A stretch of DNA of 64,000 nt, taken from NCBI RefSeq assembly GCF_009914755.1, contig NC_060926.1; one strand, written 5' to 3'. The notes beneath the pieces are model-generated. The model had not been told where the DNA came from. It made no database searches and saw only the letters and a list, made by a program, of their open reading frames with translations. The translations under genes were made by a program, and so were the position numbers. Origin of the DNA: the human T2T-CHM13v2.0 reference genome, Homo sapiens. Below, piece after piece: positions 39,790 to 52,676 of the stretch (the first letter of the stretch is position 1; every line of letters begins with the position of its first letter).

Positions 39790-40860
39790 TCTTTAAATTT
39801 TGCCACGAAACATTTCTAATAAAAGAATTGTATAATGAGCCCCCATGTACCTCTCACCCAGCTTCACCAATGATCAACTCACAGCCAGTCATGTTTCCTC
39901 CTTATCTGCCCTCCGCCCCCAGAATATTGTGAAGCAAATTCAAGACATCTTATTCTTTCATTATTAAAGTATTTCAGTATAGTATGTATCTCTAAGATAT
40001 GAAGATCTTTAAAAAAAAAACCCACTGCTATTACACCTGAAAATAATTAACAGTAAATTTTTTAATATTGAAATATACAGGGTTCAGATTTCTTAGATTG
40101 TCTCGATTTTTTCATTTTATTTAAATAAAGATGCAAATAAGATCCACACATTGTGATTGGGTAGATTCTTTAAGTGTCCTTTAACAGGAGCTTATTTGTT
40201 ATACCAGGTTATTTATCCTGTAGAGTTGCCCACAGTCTAAATTTTACTAATTGCATACCTGTGGTCTTCCTCCAGTATATTTTCTGAAGTTGGTAGATGA
40301 GATACAGCAGCCTGATCAAATTCAGGTTTGATTTTTTTGGGGGGTGGGGGGGTGGTCGGAGTCTCGCTCTGTTGCCCAAACTGGAGTGCAGTGGTGCAAT
40401 CTCAGCTCACTGCAACCTCCACCTCCCGGTTCAAGCAATTCTCCTGCCTCAGCCTCCTGGGTAGCTGTTATTACAGGTGCACACCACCACATCTGGCCAA
40501 TTTTTGTATTTTTAGTAGAAATGGGGTTTCACCATGTTGGCCAGGCTGGTCTCAAACTCTTGATCTCCAGTGATCGGCCTGCCTCGGCCTCCCAAAGTGC
40601 TGGGATTGGCCTCCCCAAGTGCCTGAGCCACCGCCCCCAGCCCAGGTTTGATTTTTGCAGGGCTACTTTATAAGGGGTTTTGAGGTATTGGCATCAGGAG
40701 GCACATAATGTCCGGTTATCTTGCTTTTTTCTTCATGTTAGCAGCCATTAAGAATAACTGCCTAGACCCATTAGTTCATTAGTACTTGCTAGTGATAGTC
40801 TAATTAAGTGTCTTTATGAACTCACTTAATTTAAATATATTTGTTTTCCAGTCCATTGCA
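39790..40860 (-). mobile_element. Old L1M 3' region, antisense, interrupted by an Alu
   Basis: tataatgagcccccatgtacctctcacccagcttca...; ggcatcaggaggcacataatgtc. Confidence 0.6.
40337..40642 (-). mobile_element. AluS, antisense, with a remodelled tail
   Basis: ggagtctcgctctgttgccc...cgcccccagcc. TSD caggtttgattttt at 40323-40336 and 40643-40656. Confidence 0.93.
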
Positions 40861-41915
40861 TTCTATGCTGACGAGTAATGCTATATTGACTAGTAAATAT
40901 AGCTTGTAAAGACTAAGCTTGGGAATCTCTGAAAAGTCATCTCAGGAAACAGACCTAGACAACATCTGCACTAAGCTAGCACCCTCTGTCTTTTCCAGAT
41001 TTGCTCCTTTTTTAAAGGAAGGCTGTTTCTCACTTTAATTTTTCTAAGTGGCGTTTAGCCTCAGCCTCTGTGCTACTCCATATGCTTTCCCAGCTGAACT
41101 ATCAGACCAACCAGCTAGATAGGTTCCCTGGTGATTAATTTTTTCTTGGAGCCCCTGAGGCCTGTAGTCATGCACATATGGTGTCTAATGGCTTGGTGGA
41201 TAACTGAGTTAATGGTGTGTGAAGGTGACCTGAATAAATTTGGAATCAAAACTAATACAGGTTATGGCAAGCTGGTCCCATCATAAATTTGGAGTACTTG
41301 TATTCTTGCCTAAGTAAGTGTTAGGTGACTCCTTTGGAGAGAAACTATGTGGTCCTGAGTTCAGAAATTCTGTTAAGGACACAGGAGACCAAATGCCTCC
41401 TCTTGTGAACCTTGTATTGAACATGTTCACTTTCCCTTTCTCACATTCAACTGGAGTTCAGAAAAATATCATCATTCTCCTTTTACAATTATTCTTTCTA
41501 AACTGAGAACGTGAATAACTAGGACAGGCAGGGCGTTGGTGTGGTTTCATCACTTTTTCCCAATCCTTCCTGCAGTTTTTTGCAAGCCTTCCATTCCACG
41601 CTTCAGACTGCCACTGGGTCTTCAGTTTGTTTTTGATTGTTGGAGCCATGTCAATGAAAAAAGGCTGAGTTTGACCTCTCAATATATGGATACTAATTTA
41701 TTGATAAAAATGGAGAGTAGAATAATGGTATGTATGGTATACAAATATTACACTGTAAAGAAACACATTCCTATTTTTTTGTGCATCCCCGTGGATCATC
41801 TCGTGCATCCCCTTTTTGAGGTTCACTTTTTAGATCAGGCACTGCTTGAGGTGCCAGCAAAACAGCTACCCTCCAATCAAATCAAACACCAAAAGCAAAA
41901 TCCAACTTCAGTTAC

Positions 41916-42067
41916 TTTGTTTGTTTGTTTGTTTGTTTTTTTATTATACTTTTTCTAGGGTACATGTGCACAACGTGCAGGTTTGTTACATATGTATACA
42001 TGTGCCATGTTGGTGTGTTGCACCCATTAACTCGTCATTTACATTAGGTATGTCTCCTAATGCTATC
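41916..42067 (-). mobile_element. Severely 5'-truncated L1PA (approx. PA4-6) 3' end with a (TTTG)n tail
   Basis: ttattatacttt..ctagggtacatgtgcacaacgtgcaggtttgttacat...aactcgtcatttacattaggt...cctaatgctatc. Confidence 0.93.
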
Positions 42068-42940
42068 TTTTTTAAATCAGAAAATATAGAAAGGAATTAT
42101 TTTTATTTCAATATATGTTTCTTTTGTTTTCAGAAATTAAAGAGTATTCAAATCACATGGCAGAACCCTGTAACTATTTTAAATGTAGGACTAATCCAAA
42201 GACTTTAACCTTGTCCTATGTCTACTGTTATTTTCATGGAGGAGTCTGTCTTAACAAACACAGATTTATGTCACATGATATGTATTCTGTCTGAAAACAC
42301 TTCCCCCTAACCCTCCCGCCCCCAAATCTAAGTGAAATATAATGGTCACTGATTTTTGGTAAAAATAGTTGCTGCAGAGTTCCTTTAACATAGCAAGTTA
42401 TTTGGGCCTAGGTCTCCACTGAAGTGGGCCATTTCCAACCTCCCTGTATGGTTTCTTTTACTGGATAAACGTCTCTTCTTTAGCATCTTTTATGCCATCT
42501 CTCAGACTTTTGCCTCTCTTTGTCTTGTTTCAGACCCTAAAGGTCTTCGTTTCTTGGACTCCTATTTCTTTTAGCATGTGTCAATTGAGCAACTTCAGAT
42601 GCTGTTGATCTAGAATATCTGATCAGGTCCTTGCCCCACTGAAGCTTGGAATCAAGTAAGAGGAGGGGACATATTGAACTCTCAAGCAGTGTTTAACCAG
42701 GTGGGAGACAGCAATAAGCAGAGGATTAGGGCTCCATTGGCTGGGGATGGGGATTGAGTGCTGAGAGAGTTGAGGAGGTAGGTGGTGCCGTTAGTGATCT
42801 GCTTGAGGAAACCATCCAAAAGAGGCTACCACTTGGAGCTCTTCAAAAGGGGTCTTACCTGGGGTGGTGAATGGCAGGATGGCACTTCTAAGCAGGAGAG
42901 AGTGTCTTGAACAAAGACTGGAAACTACAGTTAGTTAGCC

Positions 42941-43304
42941 TTGGCTGAGTGTTTGGGCTGCTGTGATAAAGTACCATAGACTAGGTGACTTATAAATAGC
43001 AGAAATTTATTTCTCACAGTTCTGGAGGCTGAAAGTCTGAGATCAGGGTGCCACTATGGTTGGGTTCTGGTGAGGGCCCTCTTCTGGGTTACAGACAGCC
43101 AATGTCTTATCCTTACCTGGTGGAAAGAGTGACCTAGATCTCTGGTCTCTTCTTAAAAGGGCACTATTCCTATCCATGAGGACTTCACCCTTGTGACCTC
43201 TTTACTTCCCACAGGCCTCACCTCCTAGTACCATCACAGGGGGGATAAGGATTTCAACAGCGGGGATATGAATTTTGGGGGACACAGACAATTAGTCTGT
43301 AACA
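42941..43304 (-). mobile_element. MLT1A0-like solo LTR
   Basis: agaaatttatttctcacagttctggaggct...ggttctggtgagggccctctt...atgaattttgggggacaca...aaca terminus. Confidence 0.9.
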
Positions 43305-43404
43305 ATCCTGGACGTGGGATGGACAAGAAAGACTTGGCTAGAATAGAACCACAAGGTTGAGAAGTCATGAGAAGAATCCTTTGTAGTTTGAGTCACTTAA
43401 CCAC

Positions 43405-43555
43405 ATTATCTCATGTGATCCTTTGGGCCTCTCCAGGAGGGAGGGTGGTTATTACCTGAAGAGTCCAGGTGCAGGTGGGTGAAACCACTTCCCAAGGGCA
43501 CATAGCCAGCAAAGGGCAATGTCAAAGTTTGAAATCCTGGTTTCCTGGCTCTGGG
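43405..43555 (-). mobile_element. MIR fragment
   Basis: attatctcatgtgatcct...acttcccaagggcacatagc...tttgaaatcctgg. Confidence 0.55.
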
Positions 43556-44659
43556 TCCTTCTCCCTTTTTCTTATAGACACACCTCTCTATAGGGTGTGT
43601 CGTGTTGGCATTGGTAACAGGGCAGAGCTTCAGCACTCAGAAGCTGCCTGAGAAATGGGGAGGAGGACGTAGAAAGTGAGAGATTTTCTGAAACCATTGA
43701 TGAGTATGAGACCTCAGCTTTGCTTTACCAGTGTATTTTAATTGTTCCTGTTTTCAAACTGCTGCTTGCAAATTAGACACTTCAGCTGCTTTTCCTTTCA
43801 AATATGTTTATTTGCAGCATTTTAGATTGGAAGGTACTCTAATTAGAGTGATCACTTTTATTTTGCTATCTTCATGTTTTTAAGAAATCAGGAATGAGGT
43901 GAATAAATTTCAAGAGGCATGTGATTTATTTTGAGGAGAGAGATGGAGAGGATATTTTTAGCTTCTGTCTTAAAAATCAGCTCTTCATTTAAAGCCTGGT
44001 GGTCAGCTGTCCTTTAAAGGGACCTTACGCTGCTATACCTGAATCAGAATCTCAATCTGTACACCTCAAACACAAAGAGATCGTGCCTGGAATTTAGAAG
44101 TTTGTTCTTAGCTTGGTGGGAGCAGGGGAAGGAAGGAGCCCAAGAGAGTCTTGTGTTTTAAGTGGCCTGGTTTGTCACGTGTCAAGTCCCCGCCTACAAC
44201 AACAGCATGTTGACACTCGGTATTCTGAGGGGAGAGATTATGTGCATTATTACCAGTGGACACATCCATCATCATGAAGCCATGGGTATTAATGCATATG
44301 GCATGGGGCTGAGTGCCTCAGCAAGGAAATTTAGCAAGCACAGCCCTACAACTAGAGCTTAAAATTAGAAATGCACCTTAGTGATGTGGCATAGTGGAAA
44401 CCAGCCTATGCTGTCCCACCCAGAAGGGGGCACCCCTGGGTCAGTGGACCCAGCATCTAGGACAGAAAGCCCTTTGGTGAGGGATGGGTCTGCCCCACAC
44501 CACACGAAGGCATTGCATCCTCTGAGGTCCATGGTGTCCCCAATCTCAGCCATAACTAAGTGCTGGGTAGAGCTCTTTCAGATGCATGAGCCTTGGGGAC
44601 AGCGAGTTTGTGAAAGAATGTGCCTTCACATAATAATTTAAAAATCTCATTTGTTTCCG

Positions 44660-44810
44660 TGAATACCCACGTGAGATAATAGGGCAGGTTTAATATTCCT
44701 TCATTTTACAGATAAGAAAACTGAACTTTGGGAACTTGCCGAAGTCCCATAAGAAGTTAGTCAGAGAACTGGAATAAAAACACAGATTACTTCATTCTTG
44801 ACCCCAAACT
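44660..44810 (-). mobile_element. MIR fragment
   Basis: cattttacagataagaaaactga...acttgccgaagtc. Confidence 0.6.
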
Positions 44811-47800
44811 GCCTGCTAAATTTTACACAAATATGGATAGGGCCCCAGAAAAGGCCAGATTACCTCAGATCAGTGTGGGAGGGCTGGCCTGCCTGTGTAA
44901 AGGCTATTTACAGACAGAGACCAATTCTCCCCTGTCTCCACTCTGAGTAATTAATGCCACCCCTTCTGTGAGACTGCTGGTAAGAGCTGCCAAGCATAAG
45001 GATCTTCAAAAAGTCTTGTCTTTTTGAAGCAGTGCTGTTTACCCTGCGTATAATTATTATAACAATGAGAGCTTCCTGGCACATTAAATTATGTTTTATT
45101 TGGAGTCTGTCATCCCCCGTGCAGACAATGAAGTCAAGAGCTGGGATGGCACCAGAAGGGGCATTGCAACCTGCCTGAATCTGGCTGTCCTGGTGTCCCC
45201 AGAGAGGTGCCTTTTATTATCTATTGGGGCTTCAAAGAGAGGAACATCTCCAAATACTACTCTAGAATCATATGATTTATTATTTTACAGTAAATTAAGC
45301 ACTGAGTGAAATTGTTTCAGCCCTTGACTCTGTGCCGCCATGCTTCTCCACAACATGGTGGCCTGGTCTCATGTTTTATGTAATTCAGAATCAAACTAAT
45401 GAAGCTGTCCTGGTTGCACCCCACCCCCACCCCCACCACCTGCTGCTTTGGAAGGATCCAGGGAGAAGCACATGCATATTGAGTGGAGTATAAACTCCTT
45501 CCTTATGTGTGGTGCATTGAATTCAGGCTGCCCTTTTTATTCCTAACTTTGAGAGGCTGGCAGGAAGGTAAGGCCCTTGGGATGAAAGGTAAAGGTGTAT
45601 ACCATCCCATAGAAGTGGGCCCTGCCTCACACGCCTTTTTCCCTTTCTGGTTTCCCAATGAAACTGGGCCTTCTCCACTCATCCCACCTCCCAGATTTCT
45701 ACATAATTACTATATATGAGACGTGCCCATTGGAGCTGCCAAATGTGATTTTGCAGACAGGTCTTATCTTTCTCCCTTGGTTGTAAGATAATTACAAGTA
45801 GAAAAGTTGGAAATTACAAGAAAGCAATTACTTTTCATCCTGGCCTGCAGAAATTGTGTTCTGCCAGTCACTGTGTGTGTTCGTATTTTTATATTTTGCT
45901 TCATATGAAAAAAAACTTTTTGAAATTAATTTTAAGAATGTTTCTTGATCAACTGAGTAAAGATCAATTGACATCTGCTAATACTGTCCTTTAACATGAA
46001 TATATGAAGAGTATTACTTTGATGGAATCCCTCACAGATTTACAACAGTTAATACTGGAAAACACAAAATGTAATGTTATTCCTTACTAAGAGAGACCAA
46101 TATATAGATAGAATTCTCCCCCCTTCTTGTTACCAAGAAATACACTAAAATGATTTAAAAGTATTAATGTATTACTTTATATTTTTCATATTATTTTTAA
46201 TTTATTCTTTACTGATGTGATTGGGTGGTACTTGGCCTCTGTGGTTTGGTTCCTGGCCTTTGGGGCCTCAGTTTAATTTTCAGAGGAAGGCCCGTCACAC
46301 CTACTGCCAGTGTGACCATGCAGTTTTCCAAAATTCTTCCCTGACAACTCTCACAGGATGGTCCTGTAATAATAGGAGACACTTCTCCCTTGCCTTTAAA
46401 CAGTATCTGGCCAAGCTCATCAAGCTATCTCCTCCTTTCAGGAAAGGATATTCAGTCCATGATTTCCTGACCCTTTAGGGATTCTATAAAACATGCAATT
46501 TCAGTTTGCCAAGGCAAAACCTTCCACTGTGACAGCCCTCTTTGTCACTAAACAGTCTGTTTTCTGTGGTTACTGCCCAGATAGGTGGAAAACAGAAAGC
46601 TCTTGGAGGAGTTTGCTGACACATTTGGGCTGTGGTGGTGTGTTTTCAACCTACCAGCCTGTTTTCTGCATGGTAGTATAGCTGGTGGGCTTTGTTGCTT
46701 TAGGACCATGCCAATCAGAGTAGATGAAGGAACATCATTATCCGTAAGTGACTGCATTTGCATTGAGGAAAAGAGAAACCAGCTCTGCAATTTGAAGGCC
46801 TCCTGCCCTTCTTAAAGCAGAAAGGAGGTCATGCCAAAGGGTTTCTTGTTTTCATAAACTGGCTGGTGGTTCCCCAGGGTCCTTTAAGAGCCATTCGTTA
46901 AATGGCAGAAAGCTCTGTGCTAAGGCAGAGAAAATCCTGAAAAACAAAAGTGCTGGAAAATAGAGACCCACACTGACCAGTTCGGACTGAGAGATGTAGA
47001 GTGGGCATAAGCATTGGTTCCACATGGGCAGTGATGTGAAGATGCTAGCCAGCTCAGGACTCTCATGTCTAGCTTGTCCCGTTTTATGGCTTTGGAGTAG
47101 TATTAGCACCTTGTTTTTAAAAGCAAGGGTACATACTTAAACATATTTTAAATGCATTTTATTCCCAGTGCTGGCTCAGCACTGTACATGTAATAGTTGT
47201 CTAAAAGAACCATTAAGTGGTATTACTTCCTATTTATGGATGAGACATTTGCCATCAAGTTGCAAATACAGGACCATTGCTCTTTCCGTACCACCCATTT
47301 AGCCTCAGAAATCTCCCTATGTCTGTCTTTGGACCAGAAACCAAAATTCTCACCTAATTGGACAGTAGAGAATAATAAGTAAAGTGTTTGTGGCTGTTCT
47401 TTCCTCCTGTTCGTTCCCCCAGATAGGCAAATTCTAGAGCCACTCAGTATCATACTTGAGACCCATTGCCCAAGATGAATCCTAATTTATACCAGATGAG
47501 CTCAAGCCAAGACTAAATGTGGAGGCCAGTACATGAAAGGAAGCAGACTCCCCTCTTTTTAGTGCCTGTGGGCCAATAGGTGGACCACAGCCTGGGCTGG
47601 AAACAAGACAGCAAGCTTCCCCTTATTGTGCCACTGCAATCATTGAGCACCATCTTTTTCTCCTAGAGAGGTAAGGGTTTGGGAAGGAAGAGGCACAGGT
47701 GAACAGGCTTTGAGATTCTTAGCTTCCAAGGGTTTTTCAGAGCCCCACAAGGTTTGAGTGGGACACAACAAGGACCACCCCATACATATATACCTTGACC

Positions 47801-48284
47801 TTGGGTGGTTACTTGAGATAAATGAGCCAAAGACTGCAGAGACTTTAAATTGTTCTGAAATGTAAATTTTTTCGGCTACACTGCTGAAATTCACAGAGAT
47901 TTGCATTTTAGAACTTACCTCCAATATTGGAATAAAATAATTTTTCATCTTTGTTGAATTTTAGACTTCAGGAGCAAGCAGATGAGGTAGTTTCTTTTTG
48001 TCTCTCTCCTCTCTTTTTCTTTTTTGTTTGCCTTGCAGTTCCTAAGTGAATGTGGTACTTAGGAGCAATATAAAAAGGAGGATGAATCAACTATAAAATA
48101 TACCTTTTAAGTTTTACAACTCTTTTTATTTTGTTTTTGATTAGAATACACACTTAGGTAGTCGTGGACTTTAAGCTCGTTTGCTGGAAGCAGGTGGAAA
48201 GTGAAGGAATGTGCCGTGCCCGAGATCCATGTTTCCCACAAGTCCATAAGTCCTTTGTGGTTTGTGTGCCTGCCCTCCTTGTGT

Positions 48285-48790
48285 TTTTCACTCAGCCAGC
48301 TTGTATTTACTGAGCGCTCGCTCGCCCTGTGCCAGGCCTCTGCCAAGCCTACTGGTTCTGCCCTGGAGAAGTTCACAGTTCCAGCCATCTGGGAACATCC
48401 AGTGACAGTGCAGCCCAAGCAGGAAGATGGTTAAGGCACAGAGGAGACAGCAATGACCTTCACCTGGGTGGATCCAGGACTGCCTGCTTGTAAAGGAGGA
48501 GGAGGCAGGAGTCCATCCAGAAGAAAAGGAGGGAGGAGAGAAGGTTCTTTTGGGCATTAGCAGTGGCAGACCAGGTGTGAGAGAGCAGGAGAGGTTTGGG
48601 AATGAGGGATAAGTTAAGTGTAGGCAGAGACCTTAGCAGATGACAGAGGGAATAGTTGGAGTTAAAGCTGGAGAGCTTGCAGAAGCCCAGATTGTGAAGG
48701 GCCTTGTGTGCAGTGTTGGGAAGCTCTTTATATAGGGGAACAAAACTTTGAGTTTTGGAACCTAGTGACAATAAGGAGGATGGGTTGAAG
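48285..48790 (-). mobile_element. L2 fragments
   Basis: tatttactgagcgc...ctgtgccaggc; ccagattgtgaagggccttgt. Confidence 0.5.
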
Positions 48791-49636
48791 GAATGAGAGC
48801 CTACAGACAGTGTCTTAGCCCACAGCCTCTAGGAAGCAGGGCCTGAGACAAAGACTAAAGTACCAATATTTTGCTGCAGAAGGAGTTGCAAATCCAGGGC
48901 AGCAAGGATGAAGGAAAAGGGAAGTGCAGGGTAACAGACGGTGTGTCTGACCATGCTGGCTCCTGCCTCACCAGGGGCCACAGAGACACAGCAGCACATT
49001 GGGCTGCCTGGACTCTCCCCAAAGGCCTGCAAGGAGGAGCTCTACCTTGGAATAGTGGAATAGTCTGGAGGAGAGAAAGGAGGTGGGTTTTATTCGCCCT
49101 GCTCCTTCCTGTGTCCTGTTTGCCATCAACCTTGGTTCACCTCATAGATTTCTAAGGCCCCTATAATTCTGCGATGCTATTTAGGAAGGAGGACCCCATC
49201 ACCCCATCCCATGGTAAGCTTATTCCCCATCTGGCAGCAGAGGGCAGCCTGGTTTGTGTGAGCACTGACTGAAAAAGAGAGGAGCAGGGGCAATCTGAAA
49301 GGGCTCCTAAGGAGCGTGCCACTGTTGAGACAACGAGCCCAGCCCAGACATTACGATAGCAGTTCATGCAGGAGGGGGCTGGCAGAGCAAATGGAGGCGA
49401 CCTGTAGTGGAGGGAGGTTTACAAGATCTTCATTCTGTGCAGTTGACAGCCCCAACCCCAACCTTTATAGGAGTTACGTTACAGTAACAGTAAAGTACTC
49501 CCATGGCTGGTTCTGGTCAATGCATACTCTGTGGCCTTGTGTTTCTTAAATAAAAAATAGGATTCATTATTGTATGTTTGTAAAACCATGTAACAGGCCG
49601 ATTTCCATATTTGTGGGGAAAGAGGAGGAGCTGCCA

Positions 49637-49790
49637 CAGGCTGAGTATCCCTTATCCAAAATTCTTGGGACCAGAAGTGTTTTTGATTTTGGATTTTTTC
49701 AGATTTGGAGATATTAGCAAATACTTAACTGGTTGAACATCCATATTCCCGAAAATCTGAAGTTGAAAATTCTCCAGTGCTCAGCATTTT
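49637..49790. mobile_element. MER46A/Tigger4a, truncated
   Basis: caggctgagtatcccttatccaaaattcttgggaccagaagtgttt terminal inverted repeat motif. Confidence 0.8.
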
Positions 49791-50165
49791 GGATGACGTG
49801 AGCTGTGGACCGAGACCCTGCCACTGTCCTGTTAGGCCTTCTCTGTAGGACTTAAATTTTTCTCTGCCCTCCATGGAGTGGGACACACGCTTGCCTCTGC
49901 AGCCTGGTTTTGTCACCCTGGAGAGGGATTGACAGCACTTCCCAGGGAGGACTACTGCTGCCTAAGACTCACAGATGTTCACCCTGGAGGAGCCAACTTT
50001 GGGCTGAGCTGCAGAATTTTTTAATGACAGGTCATAAGGTGCTGCGTGAATGAGGGGAACTGACGTCCAGGAGAAATATGTGTGTCTGCAGTGGGGAGCA
50101 GGGGTGTTACTGGGGAGGATACTGCTATTCACCAAAGAACATTCCTATACCCTAATTCACCAGCT

Positions 50166-50781
50166 AAAAAGGAAGTTGGAGATCAAAGAGATATCCGCAT
50201 CCCCATGTTTATTGCAGCACTATTTACAATAGCCAAGATACGGAATTAGCTTGAGTGTCCATCAGCGGATGAATGGATAAAGAAAATATGTACATAATGG
50301 AATACGATTCAGCCATTTAAAAAAATGGCAGTCTGTAGTTTGCAGCAATATGGATGGAGCTGGAGATCATTATGTTAAGTGAAATAAGCAAGTCACAGAT
50401 GTCGAATGTTCTCACTCCTATGTAGGAGCTAAAAAGGTGGCCCTCATGGAGGTAGAAAGTAGAATGACAGATACCAGAGGCTGGGAAAAGGGGTAGGTGG
50501 GAATAAAGAGTAGTGAGTTAATGTGCAAACATAAAGGTGGATAGAAGGAATAAGTTCTAGTGTTCAATAGTAGACAAGGGTGACTATAGTTACCAACAGT
50601 ATATTGTCTATTTCAGATTAGCTAGAAGAAAGGACTTGAAATGTTCCCAAAACAAAGAAATGATAAATGTTTGAGGTGATGGATACCCTAAAGACCCTGA
50701 TTTGATCATCACATGTAGTATCCATGTATTGAAATATCACATATATCCCATAAACATGTACAATTATTATCAATTTAAAAA
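50166..50781 (+). mobile_element. L1MA-type 3' end fragment
   Basis: ccatgtttattgcagcactatttacaatagccaagata...atgataaatgtttgaggtgatggatacccta...ccataaacatgtacaattatt. Confidence 0.9.
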
Positions 50782-52584
50782 TGTTGTAAAGTAAGTTGGG
50801 GAAAGCTTCTGATTCTCTAGTTCTGCATTCTACCACTCCCCCCTGCTGTGGACTTACAGGAGTGTTGCGTAAATTGAATTGTTTTTCTAAAGCTTTCTCT
50901 CCAAGCTCTAAATATCTTATGACTGGTTCTGAACATGTACCTGCCTCCAGCTACAACCATAAACAGCTGAAGAGACACTGACAACACTGCTCATTGACTC
51001 CAGCATGCGCTCTCCTTCCCTTTGCATCTCCTCCCCTCAAATGAGCTTAGGTGGATTTAAGTTTTAATCAGTTAGATCAGTTGTTCTTAATGAGAATTTA
51101 AATTGAACTAGAGAATAAAAGCATTAGGGGGGTTGCTGGTTGCTCAGCTGGAACCTTTGGGCGACAGAGGTGGTTGCATGCTGTGATATGATACTCAGTG
51201 CAGGCCCTTTTTGACTGCATCTCCAGAGATCTGTTGGTGATAAAGTTTTTAGAGCAGATAATTTTCTTTGACCTTAGTCTCTTAAGTTGGAGAAGGAAAG
51301 CTTTCTAAGAAGTGATCTCGATCCAGTTCTTAGATCAGTGGGACATACAGGTCTATGGTGGTCACCTATGGTCACCTTCACCCTGGGCCTGGATGACCAA
51401 AGTAAGGGAAGGGAAGGGGGAGTGTATGCTGGAAAATGTCTCTTACCTCTAACGCCCTCCCCATTTTGAGCCTTCCCATGTGTAGGGGAAAGGCAGACAA
51501 AGACACCTTTAATTTTAAAAATCCTGAATATCCTGCATCTTAAACACAAAAGATAAGAGTGTCCATGAAGACAGAAGGGGATCCTTTGAGCCCCTTGATG
51601 GCAAGAACTGACCCTTCCATCCTGGAGAAGAGGAGACCAATTTGATATTATGGAGGCAGAATATACAGGACTGTGTGACTAATTCGACATGTGTGTCCAT
51701 GGAGCTTGAAGGGGACAGAACCACAGGTGCAAAACTGGTGTAGGTACTTGGCTGGGAGTTTGGTGTGAGAGGCTTCTGGGGCACCTTTACCTGGAATAGG
51801 CAGCGTGGTTCATCTGCACCAGGATTCTACTCAGAACTCTTACAAGTGGTAACAAGAGACCTGAGGTAGAAGTACCTAATTGTTACATCAATGTCAAAGG
51901 CTAAAGTTAGGCTTGAAACATTTTTTTTCCTCTAATCAGCTGTTGGGATTTTCACGTTTATGAAATTGGTAAATCCTTTCTGAAGGTAATCTCTAGTTTT
52001 GATTTTACCATGCCTAAAAGTTAGTAAGTTCATACACTTTATTAGTCTTTACATATACCTCTTTATATTTGCCTGAACTTGCCCCCTTGTTATACTTCAA
52101 GAAACCCCAGCCTTTTCTGGGATTTAATGGCAATACATATGTAATCTAGTACCTTGTTACTTTCCCAGGCATTTAGTCTGGGAACCCTAATCTTGAGTCT
52201 GTCTACAGTGGATATTTTTCTCCAGGACAGGAACCAAATGGGCCAGTTACTGGTCTGCCCTGTAGCTCACCACAGACATAGCCTAGGGGCCTTTGGCCCA
52301 TCTTCACTAGTTGGCAACTGGCTTTTTAGGCGAAATGCCTCCTTTTGCATAAAGGAGAGATGCCTGTCCCCACCTGCACCGCCCGTCTCCTGCTTTAAGG
52401 CCAGCAAGATGTCCCGAGAGGCCTCCTTGTAGATGAGTGAAATCCACACAGGGAAACTCAAGTAAAAATATGGGGTGGGGTCTGGGAAGAGCTGTGTTTA
52501 TTATAAGGATCCAGAGGGACCTGGGGAATTTAGGATAGGGAACCACTGTGGGTGGGATAAGAACCAGAGTGGCTCCAGGCCCTA

Positions 52585-52676
52585 GTTTTTTCTCCTCTGT
52601 CTCTCTGCTTTCTTTTCCCACTCTCTTCTCTCCCCTTCCTTCTCCTTATTCTTCTTCTACTCCTCTTTTTTTTTCT
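52585..52676 (+). repeat. Polypyrimidine (CT-rich) tract
   Basis: About 90 nt C/T-rich tract ending in a T run followed by ctag. Confidence 0.85.

Noticed and set aside
45419-45440. C-rich run (G4 on the minus strand)
   Set aside because: Only three runs of 3 or more G plus two GG. This is non-canonical and a common motif, with no supporting context.
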